A stretch of 64,000 bases of DNA from NCBI GenBank assembly GCA_963741945.1, contig CAVUKA010000005.1, forward strand, positions 224,001 to 288,000, written 5' to 3'. Every line of letters starts with the position of its first letter. The stretch's first letter is position 1. Positions 1 to 8,837 of this stretch are shown here, piece after piece. Position numbers and translations under genes: made by a program. This DNA is from an uncultured Gemmatimonadales bacterium. Lineage in GTDB: Bacteria > Gemmatimonadota > Gemmatimonadetes > Longimicrobiales > RSA9. The notes beneath the pieces are model-generated. The model was not told the origin of the DNA. It saw nothing but the letters and a program-made list of their open reading frames with translations, and ran no database searches.

Positions 1-2
1 CC

Positions 3-848
3 GTCACCGTGCGCGAGGGGGACCCGGTGACCGCGGGGCAGGTCCTGGCGCGTCTGGATGCGGCGGAGCTCGATGCCCGCAAGGCGGCGGCGGAATCGCA
101 GCTGCAGGCGGCCCGGGCGGTGCTGGCGGAGATGGAGGCGGGCGGCCGGCCGGAGGAGGTGGCGCAGGGCCGGTCGGCGGTGCGGTCGGCAGCGCAGAAG
201 CTGGAGGACGCGCGCCGTGACCTGGTGCGCGCCAGGAACCTCTACGAGGGCGGCGCCATCAGCCGGGAGGCGCTGGACAAGGCCAACACGGCCGCGGAGC
301 TGGCCGACGCGTCGCTGGACCAGGCGCGCGAGCAGCTCCAGGTCCTGCAGACGGGCCCGCGAAAGGAGCGCGTGGAAGCGCAGCGTGCGTCCGTCGCGGC
401 GGCGGAAGCGCAGGTGCGGCAGGTGGAGGCTCTCGTGGACAATGCGGTGATCCGCGCGCCGTTCGACGGCATCGTGACCATCCGGCACCGCGAAGCGGGG
501 GAGGTGGTCCAGCCGGGGCTGCCCGTGGTCACGGTCATGAATCCGGCCGACCGCTGGGTCCGCATCTACATCCCCGAAGACCGGATCGGCGCGGTCCACC
601 TGGGTCAGTCCGCCCGCATCACGTCGGACACGTTCCAGGATCGGGATTACTCCGGCCGCGTCAGCTTCATCGCCGACAGGGCCGAGTTCACACCGCGCAA
701 CGTCCAGACCAAGGAGGAGCGCGTGAAGCTGGTCTATGCCGTGCACGTCCAGATCGCCGGCGATCCCGGCCTGGAGCTGAAGCCGGGCGTCCCCGCGGAC
801 GTGGCGCTCCTCGACGCGGCGCCCCGTCCGGACCAGTCGGAGGGCTGA
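3..848 (+). CDS. HlyD-family periplasmic adaptor of an ABC efflux system (5' truncated by window)
   Basis: Lipoyl-like halves (EGDPVTAGQVLARLD; IRAPFDGIV) flank a coiled coil; AEFTPRNVQT motif typical of YbhG-like adaptors; first gene of the ABC operon. Confidence 0.9.
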   Translation, partial: VTVREGDPVTAGQVLARLDAAELDARKAAAESQLQAARAVLAEMEAGGRPEEVAQGRSAVRSAAQKLEDARRDLVRARNLYEGGAISREALDKANTAAELADASLDQAREQLQVLQTGPRKERVEAQRASVAAAEAQVRQVEALVDNAVIRAPFDGIVTIRHREAGEVVQPGLPVVTVMNPADRWVRIYIPEDRIGAVHLGQSARITSDTFQDRDYSGRVSFIADRAEFTPRNVQTKEERVKLVYAVHVQIAGDPGLELKPGVPADVALLDAAPRPDQSEG

Positions 849-850
849 CG

Positions 851-1810
851 GTGGCGGCGGTCGGGGACGAGCGCGAGCGCGGCGGTTCTCCGGAGCCCGT
901 CGTCCTGGACGGCCTCTCGCGCCGATTCGGCGACCTGGTGGCGGTGGACGGGCTCACGTTCGAAGTGCACGGCGGCGAGCTGTTCGGGCTCGTGGGCCCC
1001 GACGGCGCGGGCAAGACCACCACGCTTCGCATGCTCGCCGGCGTGGTCCGTCCCACGTCGGGCGACGCCCGGGTGGTCGGCTTCTCCATCTCCCGCGAGC
1101 CGGACCGGATCCATTCCCACGTGGCGTACATGGCTCAGCGCTTCGGTCTGTACGAGGACCTGACGGTGCGGGAGAACCTCGACTTCTACGCCGACCTCTA
1201 CCGCGTCCCGAAGTCGGAGCGACCGCAGCGCCTGGAGCGCCTGTTCGCGTTCAGCAACCTCGGCGAGTTCCAGCACCGGCTGGCAGGGAAGCTGTCCGGG
1301 GGAATGAAACAGAAGCTGTCGCTCTCCTGCGCGCTCATCCACCGCCCGGACGTCCTGCTCCTGGACGAGCCCACCTTCGGCGTCGACCCGATCTCCCGCC
1401 GCGACCTGTGGCTGATCCTCCACGAGATGGTCCAGGAGGGCGTCACCATCCTGGTTTCCACGGCCTACATGGATGAGGCGGAGCGGTGCGACCGCGTGGC
1501 CTTCCTCCACCAGGGGCGCATCGTCGCGCTCGACGCGCCGGCCGCTCTCCAGCGCCGGCTGGATGGCGTTCTCGAGGTCCGGGCCGACAACCCGCGCGCC
1601 GCCCGTGACGCGCTCCGCCGCTCAAGCGCCATCCGTCGCGCGTCTCTCTTCGGCGAGACCGTGCACGCCGTCCTGGCGGAGGGCGCTTCCACGGACGCCG
1701 TGCACCGGGCCATGGAGGATGCCGGCGTGGCCATCCGTGAGATCCGCCCCGTGACCGCCTCGCTCGAAGACGTGTTCATCGAGCAGGTCCCGGAGAGCGG
1801 CGATGCATGA
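851..1810 (+). CDS. ABC transporter ATP-binding protein
   Basis: Walker A GPDGAGKTT, signature LSGGMKQ, Walker B LLLDEPT. Confidence 0.95.
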   Translation: MAAVGDERERGGSPEPVVLDGLSRRFGDLVAVDGLTFEVHGGELFGLVGPDGAGKTTTLRMLAGVVRPTSGDARVVGFSISREPDRIHSHVAYMAQRFGLYEDLTVRENLDFYADLYRVPKSERPQRLERLFAFSNLGEFQHRLAGKLSGGMKQKLSLSCALIHRPDVLLLDEPTFGVDPISRRDLWLILHEMVQEGVTILVSTAYMDEAERCDRVAFLHQGRIVALDAPAALQRRLDGVLEVRADNPRAARDALRRSSAIRRASLFGETVHAVLAEGASTDAVHRAMEDAGVAIREIRPVTASLEDVFIEQVPESGDA

Positions 1811-2738
1811 CGTGGCGGTGCGCGTCCGGGAGCTGACGCGGCGCTTCGGGGACTTCACCGCCGTGGACGCGGTCACGTTCGACGTGCGGGAGGGCGAGAT
1901 CTTCGGCTTCCTGGGACCGAACGGCGCGGGCAAGACCACCACCATCAAGATGCTGATCGGGCTGCTCGTGCCCACGTCCGGTGATGCGACGGTGGCAGGG
2001 CTGGACGTGCGATCGGGCGGCGACGAGCTCCGCCGGCGCATCGGCTACATGTCGCAGCTGTTCTCGCTCTACAACGACCTCACCGTGGGCGAGAACATCG
2101 AGCTCTTCGCCGGCCTGTACGGCGTGGTCGGCCAGCGCTACGACGAGCGGCGCCGGTGGATCCTCCGCATGGCCGGGCTCGAGGGGCAGGACCGCCGCCT
2201 GACCGGCGACCTGCCGCTCGGCTGGAAGCAGCGCCTGGCCCTCGGCTGCGCCGTGCTGCACCAGCCGCCGATCCTCTTCCTGGACGAGCCCACGTCCGGC
2301 GTGGACCCGCAGTCGCGGCGCCGCTTCTGGGATCTCATCGACGACCTTGCCGCCGGCGGGACCACGGTTCTGGTCAGCACGCACTACATGGAGGAGGCGG
2401 AGTACTGTCACCGCCTCGCCCTCATGAACCGCGGCCGCCTCGTGGCCCTGGACCGACCGGCCGCGCTCCGACAGCGCCTCGATCTCCCGCTCTATGAGGT
2501 GGTCGTCGCCGAGCCGGCAGCAGCCGTGGCCGCGCTGCGGCGCGAGTCCGTGGTGCTCGAGGCCGCCATGTTCGGCCGGCTCGTCCACGTCATGACGGAA
2601 ACCGAGGCGGAAGCGGAGATCCGGGCCGCGCTGGAATCGGCCGGTCACCCGCCGGAGCGCGTGGCGCGCGTGGCGCCGTCGCTCGAAGACGTCTTCGTCG
2701 CACTGATCCGCCGCGAGGGCGGCGCGGTGGAGGGGTAG
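1803..2738 (+). CDS. ABC transporter ATP-binding protein
   Basis: GPNGAGKTT, variant signature LPLGWKQR, LFLDEPT, STHYMEEAE; overlaps the upstream gene by 8 nt. Confidence 0.95.
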   Translation: MHDVAVRVRELTRRFGDFTAVDAVTFDVREGEIFGFLGPNGAGKTTTIKMLIGLLVPTSGDATVAGLDVRSGGDELRRRIGYMSQLFSLYNDLTVGENIELFAGLYGVVGQRYDERRRWILRMAGLEGQDRRLTGDLPLGWKQRLALGCAVLHQPPILFLDEPTSGVDPQSRRRFWDLIDDLAAGGTTVLVSTHYMEEAEYCHRLALMNRGRLVALDRPAALRQRLDLPLYEVVVAEPAAAVAALRRESVVLEAAMFGRLVHVMTETEAEAEIRAALESAGHPPERVARVAPSLEDVFVALIRREGGAVEG

Positions 2739-2742
2739 GCGG

Positions 2743-3867
2743 ATGCCGTCGCTCAGCTGGACCCGGCTGCGGGCGATCGCACGAAAGGAGTGGCTCCAGC
2801 TCCGCCGCGACCCGCGCAGCATGGCGCTGGCGTTCGCGCTGCCCATCCTCATGCTCCTCTTCTTCGGCTACGCCCTCAAGTGGGATGTCCGGGACCTCGA
2901 GCTGGTGGTCTTCGACCAGGACCACACGGCACGGAGCCGCGGACTGGTGGACGCCTTCGAGGCCAGCGGCTACTTCACCGTCACGGGGCGACTGTCCTCG
3001 TTCTCCGAGATCGACGCGGCAGTGGGGCGGGGCGACGCCACCTCCGTCCTCGTCATTCCCCCCCGCTTCGCCGCCGACCTCGCCTCCGGTCGCGGCGCGC
3101 AGCTCCAGCTGCTGCTCGATGGCGCCGATGCCAACACGGCCACCATCGCCTACAACTTCGCCGACGCCATCGTGGACCGCTGGTCACGGGATGTCGTGCT
3201 CAAGGGCCGCACCGTGACCATCCCGCTCAATGCCGAGATCCGGACGTGGTACAACCCCACGCTGGAGAGCCGGAACATGATCGTTCCGGGACTGATCGCG
3301 GTGATCATGATGACCATCGCCGCCATGCTCACGGCCCTGACCATCGCCCGCGAGTGGGAGCGCGGGACCATGGAGCAGCTCGCCGCCACCCCGGCCACGC
3401 GCCTCGAGATCATCCTCGGCAAGCTCGCGCCGTACGTGGGCATCGGCGTGGTGGACGTGGCGATGATCGTGGTGGCGGGCGTCCTCGTGTTCGGCGTCCC
3501 CTTCCGCGGTCCCGTTTTCGTGTTCTTCGTGCAGACGGTGCTCTTCCTCGTCGGTGCCCTCGGCCTGGGCGTGTTCATCTCGGCGGCGGCCCGGAGCCAG
3601 TTCCTGGCCACGCAGATCGCGCTCATCACCACGCTGCTCCCCGCCATGCTGCTGTCCGGCTTCCTGTTCGAGATCGAAGCCATGCCGCGGGTGCTCCGCT
3701 TCGTCACCTATCTGGTCCCGGCCCGCTACTTCGTGGTGGTCACACGCGGGATCATGCTCAAGGGCGTGGGGCCGTCGGTGCTCTGGGTGCAGTCCGTGTT
3801 CATGATCGTGTTCGCCGTGGTCGGGCTCGGCCTCGCCACGCGGGTGTTCAGGAAGGAGATCGCGTGA
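2743..3867 (+). CDS. ABC-2 type permease (YbhS-like)
   Basis: KEWLQLRRDPR, WYNP, AREWERGTMEQL motifs; multiple TM segments. Confidence 0.93.
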   Translation: MPSLSWTRLRAIARKEWLQLRRDPRSMALAFALPILMLLFFGYALKWDVRDLELVVFDQDHTARSRGLVDAFEASGYFTVTGRLSSFSEIDAAVGRGDATSVLVIPPRFAADLASGRGAQLQLLLDGADANTATIAYNFADAIVDRWSRDVVLKGRTVTIPLNAEIRTWYNPTLESRNMIVPGLIAVIMMTIAAMLTALTIAREWERGTMEQLAATPATRLEIILGKLAPYVGIGVVDVAMIVVAGVLVFGVPFRGPVFVFFVQTVLFLVGALGLGVFISAAARSQFLATQIALITTLLPAMLLSGFLFEIEAMPRVLRFVTYLVPARYFVVVTRGIMLKGVGPSVLWVQSVFMIVFAVVGLGLATRVFRKEIA

Positions 3868-5000
3868 AGGCCATCCTGCGGATCGACCCGCGACGCGTGC
3901 TGCGCCTGCTGAAGAAGGAGCTGCGCCAGATCTTCCGCGACCCGCGGACCAAGCGCATCGTCTTCGTGGCCCCGGTGGTCCAGCTCGTGATCTTCGGCTA
4001 CGCCGTCAACACCGACATCCGCGAGACGCCGCTCTTCGTGGTGGACCACGACGTCACCCGGGAGTCGCGCGAGCTGGTCGACGCGCTCACCGCGGCCGGC
4101 TACTTCCGCGTGGTGGGTCGCTCCGAGCGCGCCGCGGACCTGACCCGCTCAATGGACAAGGGGGAGGCGATCGTGGGGATCGAGATCCCGCCCGGGTACG
4201 CCGCCGACCTGGACGACGGCGGCGCCACCGTCCAGGTGCTGGTGGACGGAACCAACTCGAACACCGCCACCGTTGCGGAGGGCAATGCGCTCCGCATCAT
4301 CCGCCAGTTCGCCGCCCGACGGCTCTCAGAACGGGCCGGCTCGGTCCCCCGCGGCGCCGACCTGCGCATCCGCGCCTGGTACAACCCGGACCTGGCCAGC
4401 CGCGTCTACAACGTCCCCGCCGTGCTCGGGGTGATCGTCATGCTCATGAGCCTCCTCCTCACTTCCATCACGCTCGTTCGCGAGCGCGAGCTGGGCACGC
4501 TCGAGCAGCTCATGGTCACCCCGCTCCGACCCGCCGAGCTGATCCTTGGAAAAACGCTCCCCGTGGCCCTCATCGCCATGGTCCAGCTCACCCTCGTCAT
4601 GGTCGTCGCCATTGCCTGGTTCGGCATCCCGTTCCGCGGGAACCTCCTCGTCCTCCTCCTCGCCGCCGTCATCTACATCGTGGCCGGGCTCTCGTTCGGA
4701 CTCCTCATCTCCACGATCTCACGGACGCAGCAGGAGGCGCTGATGGTGATGTTCCTCTTCTTCATGCCCGCCATCGTCCTCAGCGGCTTCATGTTCCCCA
4801 TCTTCACCATGCCCCCGCTCTTCCAGTGGCTGACGCTCGCCAATCCGATCCGCCACTTCCTCGCCATCGTGCGGCCGGTCTTCCTCAAGGGAGAGGGGCT
4901 GGCGGAGCTGTGGCCGAGCTATCTCGGCCTCTGCATCCTCGCGGCGCTCGGCTTCGCCGCCGCCAGATGGCGGTTCGCGAAAACATGGCTCGCCGGATAG
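3864..5000 (+). CDS. ABC-2 type permease (YbhR-like)
   Basis: GTG start overlapping the previous TGA (GTGA); KELRQIFRD, WYNP, RERELGTLEQL; C-terminal part of track ORF 2790..5000. Confidence 0.92.
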   Translation: MKAILRIDPRRVLRLLKKELRQIFRDPRTKRIVFVAPVVQLVIFGYAVNTDIRETPLFVVDHDVTRESRELVDALTAAGYFRVVGRSERAADLTRSMDKGEAIVGIEIPPGYAADLDDGGATVQVLVDGTNSNTATVAEGNALRIIRQFAARRLSERAGSVPRGADLRIRAWYNPDLASRVYNVPAVLGVIVMLMSLLLTSITLVRERELGTLEQLMVTPLRPAELILGKTLPVALIAMVQLTLVMVVAIAWFGIPFRGNLLVLLLAAVIYIVAGLSFGLLISTISRTQQEALMVMFLFFMPAIVLSGFMFPIFTMPPLFQWLTLANPIRHFLAIVRPVFLKGEGLAELWPSYLGLCILAALGFAAARWRFAKTWLAG

Positions 5001-5073
5001 TGGCGCTCCGATCCGCCTGACACCGAAACGGTCCCAGCCGCCTGCCCGCCCGACCCCTCGGCCGCGGCGCCGC

Positions 5074-6006
5074 TTACAGCCTGAACGTCCCCGAAACGAG
5101 TCGTTTCTCCCGCTCCCCCTGGATCTCCGCCTCCAGCTCGACATAGGGCTCCAGTCCACTCCCCTTCAGCTTCTCCCGGAAGAGCTGGTCCAGCTGGAAA
5201 ACGCCCGCGGAGTTGGTCATCTCGATGAGCAGGCGGATCGGCTTGGTCTCGCCGCGGTCGATGTGGACGCGCTCGATCGCGGCCGCGGAAACGCTGTGGA
5301 TGCTGACGGAGCTCCCGCCCTCGAACGGGATGCGTGAGCGCCCTTTCGCCATGTCGAGCGCGTCGGCGATGCGGACGATTCCGGCCTCCAGGGTCAGCGG
5401 CGTGCCGCCGGAGCGGTGGGCGATGATGGCGTGGAGCACTTCGCTGCGGACGATGGTGGCCGTGGCGACGTCGTATTCCTCGGCGAGCAGCTCGCGCAGC
5501 TTCATCTGGGCGATGAACAGGGACATCTCCTCGTGTCCCGCCCTGTGGACGCTCATCCCCAGGTCGTGGCAGAGGGCGGCGAGGGCCACCACCACGCCGG
5601 CATCATCGGGCGTGAGCCCGTGGTCCTTCACGATGCTCGGCTGCACGTCGGCGTCTTCGAGCAGGTGGAGCAGGCGCACGGCGATGTTCATCACGATCTT
5701 GACGTGCACGGGCCCGTGGTCGGTCATCCCCAGCCGCGTGATGGCGTTCACGTTGGCCGCGGTCCAGAGCGCGTAGAGCTCATCGTCCCGGTTGATCCGC
5801 TGGATGATCCGTTTCAGCCGGGCGTTCCTCCGGTCCGGCACGTTGATCGCCAGCCGCCTGGCCATGCGCTCCGCCAGCGTGCGCGGGAAATCGTGCTCGG
5901 CCTCCGCCTCCGATGGAGCGCTGGACACCGGGTCGATCGCCTCCGCCTCCGATGCTCCCGCCGGACTCGTCTCCTCGCTTCCACGGGATCCGGGCTCTTC
6001 CGTCAT
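5074..6006 (-). CDS. HD-domain metal-dependent phosphohydrolase
   Basis: DHGPVH, CHDLG, IIAH, IADALD motifs; ATGA overlap with the purK stop. Confidence 0.85.
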   Translation of the reverse strand: MTEEPGSRGSEETSPAGASEAEAIDPVSSAPSEAEAEHDFPRTLAERMARRLAINVPDRRNARLKRIIQRINRDDELYALWTAANVNAITRLGMTDHGPVHVKIVMNIAVRLLHLLEDADVQPSIVKDHGLTPDDAGVVVALAALCHDLGMSVHRAGHEEMSLFIAQMKLRELLAEEYDVATATIVRSEVLHAIIAHRSGGTPLTLEAGIVRIADALDMAKGRSRIPFEGGSSVSIHSVSAAAIERVHIDRGETKPIRLLIEMTNSAGVFQLDQLFREKLKGSGLEPYVELEAEIQGEREKRLVSGTFRL

Positions 6007-7097
6007 CTCGCTCCTTCCAGCGTGCGCAGCTCTTCCACCGCCGCCCGCACCACGGCGGCCTCGTCGGCTCGCACCGTCATGTGCGCCACCTTGCGCCCGG
6101 GCCGTGGCGCTTTGCCGTACAGGTGCAGGTGCACGCCCCGGTGCCGCAGCACGTCCTCCGTGGCCGGCAGCGCACCGATGAGGTTGACCATGGCGGCGTG
6201 CCCGCGCATGGACGTCGATCCGAGCGGGAGCCCGAGCACGGCCCGCACGTGGTTCTCGAACTGGCTCGTCTCTGCGCCCTCGATCGACCAGTGACCGGAG
6301 TTGTGCACGCGCGGCGCCATCTCGTTCGCCAGCAGGTGGTCGCCGACCTGGAACAGCTCGATGGCGAGCACGCCCACATAGCCGAGCGACTCAAGGACCT
6401 GGCGCGCGTACGCCTCCGCGGCCTCCTGCAGCGCTGCCGTGAGCCCGGGCGCCGGCGCATAGGATACCCGCAGGATTCCGCTCTCGTGGTGGTTCTCCAC
6501 GACCGGATAGAACCGTTCATCCCCGTCCACACCGCGCACGGCCAGGATCGACAGCTCGCGATCGAACGCGACGAACCCCTCCAGGATCAGCGGGCTCCCG
6601 CCCAGCGTGGACCACGCGCTGTCCAGCTCGTCGCGGGACCGGATCACCACCTGGCCCTTGCCATCGTAGCCGAAGCGACGCGTCTTCAGCACGGCCGGCA
6701 GCCCCACGTCCTCCGCCGCCGCCCGCAGCTCCGCCAGCGAGCCGACCGGTGCGAACGGCGCCGTGTCGATCCCGCGGTCGCGGAAGAACGTCTTCTCGAT
6801 CAGCCGATCCTGCGACGTTTCCAGCGCTCGCCGCGTCGGCCGCACCGGGAGATGGTCTTCGAGGTAATCCAGCGCCACCGCCTCGACGTTCTCGAACTCG
6901 AAGGTCACGGCGTCCAGCCCGTCCGCGAACCGGGCCAGCGCCGCCGTGTCGTCGTACGGCTCTGCGTGCAACGCTGCCACTTCCGCCGACGAACGCGGGT
7001 CTTTCGGGTCGAGCAGCCGCGTGCTCACGCCCAGCGGATAGCCCGCCAGCGCCATCATCCTCCCCAGCTGACCACCACCCAGGATCCCCAGCCGCAT
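6003..7097 (-). CDS. purK: N5-carboxyaminoimidazole ribonucleotide synthase
   Basis: GILGGGQLGRMM, TFEFEN, GYDGKGQ, NEMAPRVHNSGH, HLYGK..RPGRK. Confidence 0.97.
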   Translation of the reverse strand: MRLGILGGGQLGRMMALAGYPLGVSTRLLDPKDPRSSAEVAALHAEPYDDTAALARFADGLDAVTFEFENVEAVALDYLEDHLPVRPTRRALETSQDRLIEKTFFRDRGIDTAPFAPVGSLAELRAAAEDVGLPAVLKTRRFGYDGKGQVVIRSRDELDSAWSTLGGSPLILEGFVAFDRELSILAVRGVDGDERFYPVVENHHESGILRVSYAPAPGLTAALQEAAEAYARQVLESLGYVGVLAIELFQVGDHLLANEMAPRVHNSGHWSIEGAETSQFENHVRAVLGLPLGSTSMRGHAAMVNLIGALPATEDVLRHRGVHLHLYGKAPRPGRKVAHMTVRADEAAVVRAAVEELRTLEGAR

Positions 7098-7591
7098 CAC
7101 GTCTCCGGGTCTGGATGCGCCAGCACCCGCTCCGTCTGCATGCTGCGGAAGCGGTCCAGCGCTTCCCGTATCTCCGCGTACTTGTTCGACAGGATCGACG
7201 CCGCCAGAAGTGCCGCGTTCACCGCCCCCGAACGCCCGATGGACAGCGTGCCCACGGGCACCCCCGCAGGCATCTGCACGATCGACAACAGCGAGTCCAT
7301 CCCGTTCAGCGCCCGGCTCTTCACCGGCACACCCAGCACCGGGAGCAATGTCTTCGCCGCCGTCATCCCGGGCAGGTGCGCGGCCCCGCCCGCGCCCGCG
7401 ACGATGACTTCCAGCCCCCGATCCCGGGCCGAACTCGCGTAGTCGAACAGGAGATCCGGCGTGCGGTGCGCAGAAACCACCCGCTTCTCGTACCAGATCC
7501 CCAGCTCATCCAGCGTCTCCGCCGCGTGGCGCATGGTCTCCCAGTCCGATGTGGAGCCCATGATCAAACCCACCAGTGGTGTCTTCGACAT
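7097..7591 (-). CDS. purE: N5-carboxyaminoimidazole ribonucleotide mutase
   Basis: [35 protein letters not shown]. Confidence 0.98.
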   Translation of the reverse strand: MSKTPLVGLIMGSTSDWETMRHAAETLDELGIWYEKRVVSAHRTPDLLFDYASSARDRGLEVIVAGAGGAAHLPGMTAAKTLLPVLGVPVKSRALNGMDSLLSIVQMPAGVPVGTLSIGRSGAVNAALLAASILSNKYAEIREALDRFRSMQTERVLAHPDPET

Positions 7592-7707
7592 CGTCGGATC
7601 ACCCTCGGCTGCCGTGTGCGTACAGGGACCGACGCGGCCCCCCGTCCAGGTCCCGAAGCGACGCCCTCAAGCTAGGAGACCGCACCCCCCCCGGCAAAAC
7701 TCCCGCT

Positions 7708-8655
7708 TCACGCCGCGAAGAAGTCCCGCGCATCCTCAGGCGGGTCGTGCAGCGACCACGCAATCGCCACCCCCAGGATGGTCAGCACCACCCCCAGCGC
7801 CAGCCACACCGGGATGTGCACCACGTCGGACAACAGCATCTTCAGTCCGACGAACGACAGGATCACCGCCAGACCGGACGGCAGGCGCCGGAAAAGTCCG
7901 ATCATTCCCGCCAGCGCAAAGTACAGCGAGCGCAGTCCGAGAATGGCGAACACGTTCGAGGTGTAGACGATGAAGGCGTCCCGCGTGATCCCGAAGATCG
8001 CGGGGATGGAGTCCAGCGCGAACATCACGTCGCTCGCTTCCACCACCAGCAGCACCACGAACAGCGGTGTGGCCGCAATGATCCCGCCCCGCCGCACGAA
8101 GAACCTGTCTCCCTGATACCGTCTCAATACCGGCATCGCCCGACGCGCCAGCCGAACCACAGCGTTGTCCTTCAGGTTCATCGCCGGCCCCTTGTGCCGG
8201 AACATCTTCACGCCCGTGTAGATCAGGAACGCCCCGAAGATGTAGATGACGAACTCGAACCGGTGAATCAGCGCCGTCCCAACCAGGATCATCGACGCCC
8301 GCAGCACCAGTGCCCCCAGGATCCCCCAGAACAGCACCCGGTGCTGCAGCCGCCGCGGTACCCGGAAATACGAGAACGTCAGCGCGAACACGAACAGGTT
8401 GTCCACGCTCAGCGACAGCTCGATGATGTAGCCGGTCAGGTACTCCAGCGCCGGCTCACCCCCTTCGAACCGCCACAGCCCCAGTGCGAACACCATCGCC
8501 AGTGCAACCCACGTCCCCGTCCACGCCAGCGCCTCGCGCAGCCCCACCTCGTGCGTGCGCCGGTGGAACACGCCCAGGTCCAGCGCCAGCATCCCCAGCA
8601 CGAACCCGTTGAAGCCGATCCAGAACCAGAATGTTCTCGCGCACCGCCGCTCCAC
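7708..8655 (-). CDS. TerC/Alx family membrane protein (start uncertain)
   Basis: GY.IE.SLSVDNLFVF, QHRVLFWGILGALVLR, D.MFALDSIPAIF, TSNVFAILGLRSLYF. Confidence 0.93.
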   Translation of the reverse strand: MERRCARTFWFWIGFNGFVLGMLALDLGVFHRRTHEVGLREALAWTGTWVALAMVFALGLWRFEGGEPALEYLTGYIIELSLSVDNLFVFALTFSYFRVPRRLQHRVLFWGILGALVLRASMILVGTALIHRFEFVIYIFGAFLIYTGVKMFRHKGPAMNLKDNAVVRLARRAMPVLRRYQGDRFFVRRGGIIAATPLFVVLLVVEASDVMFALDSIPAIFGITRDAFIVYTSNVFAILGLRSLYFALAGMIGLFRRLPSGLAVILSFVGLKMLLSDVVHIPVWLALGVVLTILGVAIAWSLHDPPEDARDFFAA

Positions 8656-8837
8656 CCTCTCCCCCGCCCACGTCCACACCTCGGTGGTCCGCAGGCGATC
8701 CCGTTATTGTGGTTGCATCCTTTTCCCGCACGACCGCCCCGCCACCCTACCGTTGCGGCGGCGCATCGCCGTATTGCGCGGCACTGCGGAGCGGGTTCTA
8801 ATGTAGTGGCTTCCTCAACGACGCGAACCGCATACCC

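Noticed and set aside
2790-3863. N-terminal half of the 736-aa track ORF, and similar upstream extensions (12366, 13592, 18194, 30426, 31561, 40019, 51072, 55984)
   Set aside because: Off-frame or stop-poor extensions caused by high GC; real starts are downstream with an RBS or overlap coupling
8680-8837. yybP-ykoY manganese riboswitch expected ahead of terC/alx
   Set aside because: I could not find the conserved GGGGAGUA-type elements by eye; an Rfam scan would settle it
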